Shown here: positions 39,401-47,876 of the stretch, one piece after another
How positions within the stretch are numbered: position 1 is the first letter of the stretch
Layout: each line of letters begins with the position of its first letter
NCBI GenBank assembly: GCA_963851265.1
Contig: CAWKNZ010000002.1
Location: 352,001 to 416,000, forward strand
DNA: 64,000 nt
DNA from: an uncultured Gemmatimonadales bacterium
Lineage (GTDB): Bacteria > Gemmatimonadota > Gemmatimonadetes > Gemmatimonadales > Gemmatimonadaceae
Direction: 5' to 3'
Notes under the pieces: model-generated
Told to the model about the DNA's origin: nothing
What the model saw: the letters and a program-made list of their open reading frames with translations, nothing else
Database searches by the model: none
Translations under genes and position numbers: made by a program

Positions 39401-41562
39401 CGCGCGGCGACGGTCCCCGACAGCGACGTGCGCACGCCCTTGGTCGAGATCGCGGCCGCGTCGAGCGCGTTGGGCCGCGCGACGACGTCGTACGTGGTGA
39501 CCTTGCCCACGCCGGCCGTGCCGCGGAGGGCGAGCGTACCGCCGTTCTGCCCGCGCGGGCCGGCGAAGCGCAGGGCCGCGTCGAACTGTACGTCTGACAG
39601 GGTGCCGCGCGCGCGCACCGGCCCGCTCACCGTCCCGATCAGCCCGGCCGACGGCGCGAAGCGGCCGGCCGTGGCGAGCGAGAGCGGTCGGAGGGTGACG
39701 TTCGCATCGAGGCGCGTGAGGCGCGAGCTGCCTGCGGACGCGGCGGTGGAGCGGCGCGCGCCGGCCGACCGGGTCGGCCGGGTGCCGACCGCCGCGACCA
39801 TCGTCTGCTGGGCGGCGGCGGCCCGCGACGCCTTGCCGCGCGCATCGTTCGGCGCCGCCGTGCTCTTCGCGGCGCGCGAGGCGACCTTGTCGGCGATCTT
39901 CGACGGCGCCGACGGCGCCGGCGCGAGCGCGACGGCGACCTCGCCCGTCACGCGCGACGTACCCGTGCGGTCGACGTGCGTGAGGTCGACGTCGTGCGCG
40001 CGGAGCGCCGTCAAGGTCGAGCCGTCGAGCGTCGCCGTACCGCGCAGCGTGCCGCCCACGGGCAGCGTCGGCGACACGCTGCGCGCGAGCGCGACGTCGA
40101 GCGGCCGCAGGGCCACGTGCAGCGCCTGCGCGCGGAACGCGCCGTCGTCGCCGAAGCCGAGCCCGCCGGCGGCGAGCAAGCGGCTTCGCCCGCCCGCGGC
40201 GGGGCCGCGCCCGCGTGCGTCGAAGGTGAGATCGGTGTTGAGCTGCAGCGCCTCGGCCGACCCCGTGGCGGCGAGGTGTCCGCCGACGGCGCCCTCGACC
40301 GGCGCCTTGAGCGTCGGCGAGAACACGCGGGCGAGCCCGGTCGTGAAGTTGGCGAAGGTGAGGTCGGTCGAGTCGACGCGTAGCGCGGGGGCGTGTGCGC
40401 TGTCCAGCAGTGCGAGCCCGACGCGGCCGCGCGCCGTGGCCTCGCCGCCCTCGGGGTCGGCGAGGCGGAGCGCGAGGTTGGTGGCCGCGTACTGCTGCGC
40501 GTGCGCGTAGAGCGCGGCGCGGAAGTCCGCGCTCGCCTGCCCGGCGGGGAGGGTCGGGTACGCCACGCGCACGTCGGCGAGCGACACCTGCGGCGCGCTG
40601 CCGCTGACGCGCAGGTCCCCGGTGTTCAGGTTGTAGTTGCCGGTCAGCGTGGCGCGCGACGCGGGCAGCTCGGCCGTCACGTTGCGGAACCAGAGCGAGT
40701 CGGTCGTGAGGTCGACCGCGCCGCGCGCCTGGCGCACCTGCACCGCGGGCGGGCGGAAGGGCAGACCCGTCAGCTGCAGCGATCCGACCTCGATGTGGCG
40801 GAACCCCTTACGGGACGGGTCGGCGATGCTGAGCAGGGGGAAGCTGCCGGTGAGGTCGCGGTACTCCTGCACGCGCTGATAGCCGTTGGGCATGCCCGGC
40901 ACGGCGACGACGAGCGCGCGCGACGCGGAGTCGAGCGCGACCCGGAGCGCGGAATCCTTCTGCGGCGGCGTGAGCGGCACGCCGCGCACCGAGTCGGGCG
41001 TCGCGTACGGCGTGCGCACGAGCACCCGGCCGCCGAACATCCGCGCGTTGTGGAGCACGACGTAGTCGCCGAACGCCGGTCCCTTGCTCGGCGGCTGCGT
41101 CGAGTCGGTCGGGAAGATCTGCTGCCAGTTCCACGGGCGCCCCGGCTTGCGGTCGAGCGTGACGTCGGGGCGGTAGAGCGTGAGGCTGTCGAGGATGATC
41201 TTCTTCGAGAGGAACGGCGAGAGTGCGTAGCGCACGTGCGCCGAATCGGTCGAGAAGAACGGCGCGCCCGACGAGTCGGTGATCGCGAGGTCGTGCACCG
41301 TGGCGCCGTTCAGCAGGTTGCCGCTGAGCCGCCCGATGCGGATCCGCCCGTGCACCGTGCCCGCGAGCGCGGCGACCACGCGGCGGCGGAGCTGCTCGCG
41401 TCCCCAGTCGGTGTTGGTCAGCACCAGCACGAGGCCGACGACGACGGCCGCGAGCGCGACCACCGCGCCGACGATCCACGCGAGCGCGCGGCGCAGCGGG
41501 TGATGCGCGCGGGGGGCGGGGGCGTCCGCGCCGCGCGCGCGGGGCGTGTCGGGGGCGGTCAT
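36466..41562 (-). CDS. tamB: Translocation and assembly module TamB
   Basis: N-terminal TM anchor, long beta-rich body, DUF490-like C-terminus (LESDAQPPIPQTDLLSYLAFG, FGKYLSRNLYV). Coupled to the upstream Omp85 gene by an ATGA overlap. Confidence 0.85.
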   Translation of the reverse strand: MTAPDTPRARGADAPAPRAHHPLRRALAWIVGAVVALAAVVVGLVLVLTNTDWGREQLRRRVVAALAGTVHGRIRIGRLSGNLLNGATVHDLAITDSSGAPFFSTDSAHVRYALSPFLSKKIILDSLTLYRPDVTLDRKPGRPWNWQQIFPTDSTQPPSKGPAFGDYVVLHNARMFGGRVLVRTPYATPDSVRGVPLTPPQKDSALRVALDSASRALVVAVPGMPNGYQRVQEYRDLTGSFPLLSIADPSRKGFRHIEVGSLQLTGLPFRPPAVQVRQARGAVDLTTDSLWFRNVTAELPASRATLTGNYNLNTGDLRVSGSAPQVSLADVRVAYPTLPAGQASADFRAALYAHAQQYAATNLALRLADPEGGEATARGRVGLALLDSAHAPALRVDSTDLTFANFTTGLARVFSPTLKAPVEGAVGGHLAATGSAEALQLNTDLTFDARGRGPAAGGRSRLLAAGGLGFGDDGAFRAQALHVALRPLDVALARSVSPTLPVGGTLRGTATLDGSTLTALRAHDVDLTHVDRTGTSRVTGEVAVALAPAPSAPSKIADKVASRAAKSTAAPNDARGKASRAAAAQQTMVAAVGTRPTRSAGARRSTAASAGSSRLTRLDANVTLRPLSLATAGRFAPSAGLIGTVSGPVRARGTLSDVQFDAALRFAGPRGQNGGTLALRGTAGVGKVTTYDVVARPNALDAAAISTKGVRTSLSGTVAARGRGTDPATAQATLAADLHDLRVDTAAVDSLRARLGVGAGVLTVNTLAVRAPRAALDAAGSFGLVAGRTGTLSYRANVDSLGAFARYLPRDTGAVAPRPGLNARLTAQARADSAAHFRRTAVAVAAGDSEVVRLRAPDTLKTVRRDSLAGAVYAAGTVAGNIKRFDLRGRAGAEGLTALGSSVRRARVAYTWLGGPSTADGALAFGLSADSILASGFALDSADVRGTYRGQGGTAQVAIFQETGRSYNARADYAILGDRKELRFADLRLRFDTVVYAATQPGAVRYGPRGLEILGLDLANGLGGRIAVDGRLPSTGPVDLRVGVTNFEVADALGIVESDVPFRGLVSLDAHLTGTQTAPLLKAEAALTRATYRGTSVPDLSASADYADQRLGAHAVANVAYGLVVDTTYGRRKFLGILGPRRVRVDTTQVATGRRPILDATATVPINLALQAPGGGAVTTPRLADTAPVTADVRLDSLPLDLAERFTESVTEVRGAANGTVAIRGTVKKPDVTGDVTVRGAQLRLVSTGALLQNLAGAVHLRGDTLVVDSVAARAGGGTLRLAGGVGITTPADPTLDLTFVANRARLLDDQQGRIDADGRLAIAGRLSHLLVTGSARVLGGTIYVPATTTTQTLSANDPAVFAVIDTTRRGATRVAPPGAAGVLVSTAPTVLDSLQADVSVAIDRDTWVRQGTTANVEIFSDGALRVRADNARQALVVDGVVDVERGEYEFSSKRFQIRRGAATFVGTQELDPNVQITAEYEVAQVGRSPLAIRIIIGGTLLAPKIALESDAQPPIPQTDLLSYLAFGNPTGSLPVIGGSSLTTSSTGASPVGAAAAVIQQRLVGAAVGIGVKQAQAELGRSLGADVINITPGGELAPEQSNGSSQSGLQTFLTGTQIEFGKYLSRNLYVGLQTVPEFWAAKPPVPGFRVQYRFPRSPNVSLEAVSAPRYFLMQPTLAPQTIDPNSALGIYLVRVWRF

Positions 41563-44063
41563 CAGAAGGCCTCGCCGATCGAAAGGTGGAGCACGAGACG
41601 TCCCGTGATCTTCTTGAAGCCCGAGAGACTGTCGGCCGGGTAGTTGCGGCACCCGACACTCGCCGCGGCGTTGCCGCAGCTGCCCCCGCTCGTGAGCGGG
41701 AGCAGGCGGTAGACGCCGGCGGTGTCCGTGAACTGCGTGATCACCGGGAGGGTCTCGACGAGCTTGGGGCGGATGCCGAGGTCGACGCGGATGGGGCCGA
41801 CCGGAGAGCGGTAGCGCACACCGAAGCCGGGCGTGACGGCGAGCGTGCCCGACGCGAGGTCGCGGAGCGAGCGGTTGCCTAACGCGCCCGCGTCGACGAA
41901 CACCGCGCCGAGGAGCGGCCCGTAGATCGGCACGCGCGCCTCGACGCTCCCCTCGAGCAGCGCGGAGCCGCCGAGCGCGCGCGGCGTGAAGTAGCTGTCG
42001 CCGAGCACGGTGCGCCGTTCGGCGAAGCACTCGCGCAGCACGGGCTCGCTGTTCGGGTTGGTCGACGCGGCGGCGGCCTGGCACGCGTACGTGGTCACCG
42101 ACTGGCCGTTGACCGTCGCCGTCGACACGCCGAGCACGTCGGCGGGCGAGACGGTGAGGGTGCGCGGGCCGAGCTGGTTCTCGCCGTAGCCCCGCACGCT
42201 CTGCGCGCCGCCGGCGTAGAAGCGCACCTGCGGCGGCAGCACGCCGTTGGCGGCGGTGGCGCCGATGGCCGCCACGTAGCCGGCGCGCAGCCGCGCGGCG
42301 AGCGTGACCCGCGGGAACGCCGGCGCGGGGTGGTACGCCGCGACCTCGGCGAACACGCGATTGTACTTGAAGTCCGAGAGGGTGAACGCCGACGCGTGCT
42401 CGAGCGTCAGCTGCCCCTGCGTGCCGCGCGTGGGCTCGAGCGGGTCGTCCGTGCGCGAGAACGACGCGACGCCCGAGAGCGGCGACAGCTTCTTCTGGCT
42501 CTGCAGCACGCCGATGGTGGGCGCGTCGCAGACGCCGAAGTTGACGCAGAAGTACACGTCGCCGGCCTGCACGCGCGAGAGCGCGAAGCGGTAGTTGAGC
42601 GAGACGGGCACGTTGTCGAGCACGCGCCGGGTGAAGCTGACGTTGGCCCCCTGCGACTGGTCGACGTACACGCCCGGCGACGAGCGGCGGCTCGCGAACA
42701 CGCCGAGTCCGAGCGTGTTGCGCGGCGAGCCGAAGTACTGCTGCTGCACGTTCACGCCCACGTTGTACGTGGGCAGGAAGAACGTCGCGTCGCGGTTGCC
42801 CGGGATCTTGCTGGACTGAAACGGGTTCTGGAACGCGCCCGGCAGCGCGCGGTAGAGCCCCTTCGAGCCGAGGTTGCCGATCACGGCCTGCACGTCGAGC
42901 CGGCGCGAGGTGCCCGTGAAGTAGTTGTGCGTGAAGCGCCCTTCGGCCTGGAAGAAGTCGGCCGTGTTGAACCCGAAGCTCGTGCGCGCCTCGCGCAGCG
43001 GCGCCTCGGTCACGCAGATCGCGAGCGCCTTGGTGCTGTCGCTCGTGGCGGCCGCCGGGGCCGCGGGACGGGCCAGCCCGGCGGCCTGCGACGCGCACAC
43101 CGTGCGGCCCGTCGCGCTGTCGATCGCGACCGCCGTGTCGATCACCGCGCTGCGGAAGAGCCCCGACTCGTAGAGCGCCCGCTGGCTACGTGCGACCTCG
43201 CTGCGGTGAAACAGGTCGCCGGGCTTGAGCGTGATCGCGTCGCGGATGGTCCGGTCCTTGACCTCACGCTGCGCGCCGTTGCGGACGATGTCGATGCGCG
43301 AGATCGGCGTGAGCGGGCCCGGCGTCACCGGCACGAGCACGTCGGCGAGGTGCGTGGCGGTGTCGATCCGGATGCGCGCGCGCGTCACGACGGCGTTGCC
43401 GTACCCGTCCTCGAAGTACGCGTCCCGCACCGCGGCGACGGTCGAGTCGAGGCGGATCGTGTTGAGCGGCAGTCCGGGCTTGGGGGCGAGCAGGCCCGCG
43501 AGCTCCTTGGGGGTGACGGTCGTGCGCGGCGCGGCAACGCCCGGGCCGCCGGGGACGGCCGCCGTGTCGCCGACGGCGATCGTCCGCACCCGCGTCGGCG
43601 TGCCCTCGCGCACGGTGAACGTGACGGCGACCTCGCGGCGGTTCAGCCGCGTGACCGCCGTGTCGACCTGTGCGTCCCGCCAGCCGCGCTTGTAGTAGAA
43701 GACGAGCACGCGCACGACGTCGCGCGCGAGTTCGGTCCGGTCGAGGTACTGCCGCTGATAGATGTAAGGCGACTTCGAGAACAGGCAGAACGGCCGGAAG
43801 ATCAGCTGCAGGCACTGCGAGGCCTGCGTCGCGACCGCCGCCGAGAGCGCGGACGCGGGCACCGCGTGCACGCCGACGAAGCGCACGTCGCGCACCTCGG
43901 CGCGATCGGTCCGCGAGCGCAGGTCGCGCGCCGGTTGCGCCGACGCGGAGCGCACCGTCGCGGTGACAGCGCCGAGCGCGAGCACGGAGGACGCGAGTCC
44001 GGCGTGCGCGAGCGCGAAGACCGTCCGGGAGCGAGACGCCCGGGCGGGGAAGTGCATGACCAT
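41562..44063 (-). CDS. tamA: TamA/BamA-family Omp85 outer-membrane protein
   Basis: Signal peptide, POTRA-like domains, RFYAGGAQSVRGY, FVDAG, GFGVRYRSPVGPIRVDLG, terminal LSIGEAF. Confidence 0.87.
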   Translation of the reverse strand: MVMHFPARASRSRTVFALAHAGLASSVLALGAVTATVRSASAQPARDLRSRTDRAEVRDVRFVGVHAVPASALSAAVATQASQCLQLIFRPFCLFSKSPYIYQRQYLDRTELARDVVRVLVFYYKRGWRDAQVDTAVTRLNRREVAVTFTVREGTPTRVRTIAVGDTAAVPGGPGVAAPRTTVTPKELAGLLAPKPGLPLNTIRLDSTVAAVRDAYFEDGYGNAVVTRARIRIDTATHLADVLVPVTPGPLTPISRIDIVRNGAQREVKDRTIRDAITLKPGDLFHRSEVARSQRALYESGLFRSAVIDTAVAIDSATGRTVCASQAAGLARPAAPAAATSDSTKALAICVTEAPLREARTSFGFNTADFFQAEGRFTHNYFTGTSRRLDVQAVIGNLGSKGLYRALPGAFQNPFQSSKIPGNRDATFFLPTYNVGVNVQQQYFGSPRNTLGLGVFASRRSSPGVYVDQSQGANVSFTRRVLDNVPVSLNYRFALSRVQAGDVYFCVNFGVCDAPTIGVLQSQKKLSPLSGVASFSRTDDPLEPTRGTQGQLTLEHASAFTLSDFKYNRVFAEVAAYHPAPAFPRVTLAARLRAGYVAAIGATAANGVLPPQVRFYAGGAQSVRGYGENQLGPRTLTVSPADVLGVSTATVNGQSVTTYACQAAAASTNPNSEPVLRECFAERRTVLGDSYFTPRALGGSALLEGSVEARVPIYGPLLGAVFVDAGALGNRSLRDLASGTLAVTPGFGVRYRSPVGPIRVDLGIRPKLVETLPVITQFTDTAGVYRLLPLTSGGSCGNAAASVGCRNYPADSLSGFKKITGRLVLHLSIGEAF

Positions 44064-44309
44064 GAGGAATTCGGCTGAGCGGACGGCGCGCCGGACGGGC
44101 GGGTCGGGAACGGCTCGGCTCGGCTCGACTGACGGCAGCGGCCGGCCGGACCACGCCCAAGCTACACCCGGCGCCCCGCGTCCCCGTACGCCTGGCACGC
44201 GGTCGCTGGCGCCGTGCGGCCTCTTGCGAGCCCGCGGTCCGCGTCGCACGCTACGTGCCCCCGACGCAGTCCTGCTCAGCAGCCTCACCAGCGACCCGAC
44301 CAGGAGCGC

Positions 44310-46436
44310 ATGATGCGAGCGTACGGCAGTGCGGAGATTCGGAACGTGGCGGTCGTCGGCCACGGCGCGAGTGGGAAGACGAGTCTCGTGGACGCCCTCT
44401 GCTTCGCGAGCGGCACGAGCAAACGCCGCGGTTCGGTGACCGCGGGTACGGCCCTCACGGATTTCACCCCCGAGGAGGCGGAGCGCGGCTTCTCGATCAC
44501 CCTCGGCTGCGCGGCGGCCGAGTGGGCCGGGTGCAAGGTCAACCTGCTCGACACGCCCGGCTACCACGACTTCGCCGGCGATGCGATGGCGGGCGTGGCG
44601 GCCGCGGACGGGGTGCTGCTGGTGGTGAGCGCGGCCGGCGGCGGCGCGGACGGCGCCGGGCTGCCGGTGGGCGCGGAGCGGATGTTCCGCGAGGCCGTCC
44701 GGCGGGACGACCCGGTGCTCGTCGCCGTGACGATGCTCGACAAGGAGCAGGCCGACTTCGACGCGACCTACCGCGGGCTGCGCGAGCGCCTGTCGCCGAA
44801 AGTGGTGCCGGTCGAGGTGCCGTTAGGCGAGGGCGCGGGGCTGCGCGGGGTGATGAACCTGTTCACGGGCCGGGCGTACGTCTACCACGAGGGCGGCCGC
44901 GCGGGCGAGTACGACGAGGTGGACGTGCCCGCGGCGGCGCGCCCGGCGTTCGACCGCTACCGCGCGGCGCTCATCGAGGCGGTGGCGGCCACCGACGACG
45001 CGCTGCTCGAGCGCTACCTCGACGGCGCCGAGCTGGGCCGCGACGAGGCGATCGGCGGGCTCAAGGAGGCCATGAAGCGCGGCGACCTGTACCCGCTGTT
45101 CGCCGTGAGCGCCGAGCGGATGATCGGCGTGCGCGCGCTGCTCGCCGAACTGGTCCAGTTGATGCCGAGTGCGTACGAAATGGAGGAGCTGCACGCGTTC
45201 ACCGGCGCGGAGGGGGGCGCGACGGTCGAGATCCACGCGGGCGACGACCGCCCGTTCGCCGCGCTCGTCTTCAAGACGCACCACGAGCCGCACCTGGGCG
45301 ACGTGAGCTACTTCCGCGTGCTGCAGGGGAGCGTCGAGGCGGGGCAGGAGGTGTTCAACGCGACGCGCGGCGTGGTCGAGAAGCTCGCGCATCTCGCGGT
45401 GCCGTGCGGGCGCGACCGGCTCGAGGTGCCGCGGCTGCACGCGGGCGACGTGGGCTGCGTGGCGAAGCTGCGCAACACGCACACCAACGACACGCTCTCC
45501 ACGCGCGAGCACCCCGTGCGCCTGCCGGCGATCGCGTTCCCCGAGCCGGCGGTGCACTTCGCCGTGCACGCCGAGCAGCGCGACGCGGAGGAGAAGCTGC
45601 AGCACGGGCTGCACCGCCTGCACGACGAGGACCCGACGTTCACCGTCTCGTACCAGCCCGAGACGCACGAGACCGTCGTCGGCGGCATGGGGGAGCGGCA
45701 CCTGGAGGTGCAGCTCGCGCGGCTCAGGCGCAAGCACGGCGTGTCGGCGGCGCTCGCGCGCCCGACGATCGCCTACCGCGAGACGATCACGGCGAGCGAG
45801 CGGGCGCAGGGGCGGCACAAGAAGCAGACCGGGGGCAAGGGGCAGTTCGGCGACGCGTGGGTGCGCCTCGCGCCGCTGCCGCGCGGGGAGGGCTACCTGT
45901 TCGAGGACCGGATCGTGGGCGGCGCGATCCCCTCGAAGTACATCCCCGCGGTCGACAAGGGGGTGCAGGAGGCCGCGGCGCGCGGCGTGCTCGCGGGCTT
46001 CCCGCTCGTCGACTTCCGCGTCGAGCTGGTCGACGGCTCGTACCACTCGGTCGACTCGAGCGAGCAGGCGTTCCGCATGGCGGGGATCCTCGCCTTTCGC
46101 GCGGGGGCGGCGAAGTGCCGCCCGGTGCTGCTCGAACCGCTCGACGTGCTGGAGGTCACCACGCCCGACCACTTCCTCGGCGACGTGTTAGGCGAGCTGT
46201 CGGGGCGACGCGGGCAGATCCTCGGCACCGAGCGGGGCGAGCACGGCACGCGCGTGCGCGCCCTGGTGCCGCAGGCGGAGCTGCACCTGTTCGCCACGCA
46301 GCTGCACTCGCTGACGCACGGGCGCGGCGAGTTCGTGCGGCGCGCGGGCGGGTACGAGCGGGCGCCGGCCGAGGTGGAACGCAAGATCGTCGCGGAGCAC
46401 GCGAAGCGGCGCGACGAGCTGATGCAGGGAGTTTGA
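44310..46436 (+). CDS. Elongation factor G paralog (EF-G2-type)
   Basis: IRNVAVVGHGASGKTSL, DTPGY, GMGERHLEV, HKKQTGGKGQFGD, DGSYHSVDSSE. AGGAG SD. Not adjacent to rpsG/tuf. Confidence 0.92.
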   Translation: MMRAYGSAEIRNVAVVGHGASGKTSLVDALCFASGTSKRRGSVTAGTALTDFTPEEAERGFSITLGCAAAEWAGCKVNLLDTPGYHDFAGDAMAGVAAADGVLLVVSAAGGGADGAGLPVGAERMFREAVRRDDPVLVAVTMLDKEQADFDATYRGLRERLSPKVVPVEVPLGEGAGLRGVMNLFTGRAYVYHEGGRAGEYDEVDVPAAARPAFDRYRAALIEAVAATDDALLERYLDGAELGRDEAIGGLKEAMKRGDLYPLFAVSAERMIGVRALLAELVQLMPSAYEMEELHAFTGAEGGATVEIHAGDDRPFAALVFKTHHEPHLGDVSYFRVLQGSVEAGQEVFNATRGVVEKLAHLAVPCGRDRLEVPRLHAGDVGCVAKLRNTHTNDTLSTREHPVRLPAIAFPEPAVHFAVHAEQRDAEEKLQHGLHRLHDEDPTFTVSYQPETHETVVGGMGERHLEVQLARLRRKHGVSAALARPTIAYRETITASERAQGRHKKQTGGKGQFGDAWVRLAPLPRGEGYLFEDRIVGGAIPSKYIPAVDKGVQEAAARGVLAGFPLVDFRVELVDGSYHSVDSSEQAFRMAGILAFRAGAAKCRPVLLEPLDVLEVTTPDHFLGDVLGELSGRRGQILGTERGEHGTRVRALVPQAELHLFATQLHSLTHGRGEFVRRAGGYERAPAEVERKIVAEHAKRRDELMQGV

Positions 46437-46437
46437 C

Positions 46438-46470
46438 GGCCGGGGGCGCGCGGCGCGCGCGCCCCCGGCC
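46438..46470. terminator. Hairpin between convergent EF-G paralog and thyX
   Basis: GGCCGGGGGCGCGCG-GCG-CGCGCGCCCCCGGCC. Confidence 0.5.
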
Positions 46471-46476
46471 CGCCGC

Positions 46477-47226
46477 TCACACCTTCGAGTGGGCGACCCG
46501 CAGCGCCTCGCGACGGTCGGCGGCCTCGTACACGGTGAAGTCGCCGAAGAACGCGGGCGCGGCGTCCTGCAGCACGCGGAGCGCCGCGACCGCCAGGCGG
46601 CGGATCTCCAGCTCCGCGGCCTCGCCGCCGCGCATCTCGAGGATCGCCCGCCACGCGCGCGCGTTGGCGGTGAAGAGGATCTTGGTCTCGGTCGAGTTGG
46701 GCAGCACGCCGCGCGCGGCCTCGCGCGCCATCTTGCGGCGGTGGACCTTGTCGTCCACCCACCGGTAGCGCTCCATCAACCGCTCGACGAGCGCGACGTA
46801 GCTCGCCTGCGCGGCGTCGACCTGCGCCCGCCACGCGCCTTCGAGTTCGGCGTCGCCGATGATCGCGGGGGGGACGACGAAGTTGGCCTCGCTCTCGTCG
46901 ACGTAGCGCTGCGACAGCTGGCTCATCGCGGTGCCGGCGCGGTGCCGCACGAGCTCGTGCGTCAGCGAACGGCTCACGCCTTCGAACAGCAGGCCGTACG
47001 TCGCGTGCTCGAGCACCGAGCCGTGGCGCTGGCGTTTGATGTTCTCCAGGTACTCGCCCGTGGTGCGCCCGGCCGGGTTGTGCTGCGACATGTAGCAGAG
47101 CCGCCCCGCGAACTCGGCGAGGCGCTCCCCGTCGGTGCCGTCGCCCTGCCAGGCGACCGGAAGGTGGGCGGGCTCGACGAACTGCGGGCGGGCGACGAGG
47201 GTGACGACTGGTGCGGTGTAGAGCAC
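46477..47226 (-). CDS. thyX: FAD-dependent thymidylate synthase ThyX
   Basis: AGRLCYMS, HGSVLEH, SRSLTHELVRHR...SQLSQRYV, AREAARGVLPN, AELEIR. Start approximate. Confidence 0.93.
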   Translation of the reverse strand: MLYTAPVVTLVARPQFVEPAHLPVAWQGDGTDGERLAEFAGRLCYMSQHNPAGRTTGEYLENIKRQRHGSVLEHATYGLLFEGVSRSLTHELVRHRAGTAMSQLSQRYVDESEANFVVPPAIIGDAELEGAWRAQVDAAQASYVALVERLMERYRWVDDKVHRRKMAREAARGVLPNSTETKILFTANARAWRAILEMRGGEAAELEIRRLAVAALRVLQDAAPAFFGDFTVYEAADRREALRVAHSKV

Positions 47227-47343
47227 GGCGGAAACGCGGGTCGGGGCCGGAACGCTGCGGGACGGCAAGCTAACCGCGGCGCGCGACGGGACGGCGGCCG
47301 CGGCGCGCGGCCGCGGCTCGCGGCCACCGCCGGCGGCCACCGC

Positions 47344-47799
47344 CTACCGCCCGACCGCGATGAGCAGGCGCACGCCCCAACTTCCGACGGCCAACACTAC
47401 GGGCAGCAGCGTCAGTCCGACCGCGAACACGTACCCGTAGCGAAAGATCGTCGGCCCCACGACGGCCCACCGCTCGCCGCCCATGCGGCGCGCCCACAGG
47501 TCGGCCGGCGCGCCGGCCGAGTACGCGATGTTGGCGAGCACGGCATACACCAGCACGACCTGCCAGGGCATGCGGACGACGGCCGGGTGGGGCGGCAGGG
47601 CCGCGAAGCCGTAGACGGCCGCGAGCGCGATCAGGCCGGCGGCACCCACGCTGAGGTTGTAGATCGCGCGGCGCGACTCCCACCAGCCGACGACGGCCCA
47701 CGCCGTCGCCGGCCCCCGCACCGGCGCGAAGAACAGGCGCCGGACGGCGCCGTCGTAGTGCCCACTGGCCCGTGCTGCCCACTCTGCGTGCGCGCTCAT
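47344..47799 (-). CDS. Hypothetical membrane protein
   Basis: Three hydrophobic segments, WWESRRAIYN motif, coding-like codon bias. Confidence 0.65.
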   Translation of the reverse strand: MSAHAEWAARASGHYDGAVRRLFFAPVRGPATAWAVVGWWESRRAIYNLSVGAAGLIALAAVYGFAALPPHPAVVRMPWQVVLVYAVLANIAYSAGAPADLWARRMGGERWAVVGPTIFRYGYVFAVGLTLLPVVLAVGSWGVRLLIAVGR

Positions 47800-47876
47800 G
47801 CGACGACCTCGGCGAAGGTGGAGAACGACGCCGGTATGGTACACGAATTACTTCGTGTCGTAAAGTCGCATCCCGG

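Noticed and set aside
36466..43098. 2210-aa ORF as a giant TamB or TamA-TamB fusion
   Set aside because: The first ~510 aa are an off-frame read of tamA. TamB starts at ATG 41562, overlapping the tamA stop.
44193..44207. TGGCACGCGGTCGCT as a sigma54 promoter for the EF-G paralog
   Set aside because: GG-to-GC spacing is 9 nt rather than the strictly required 10.
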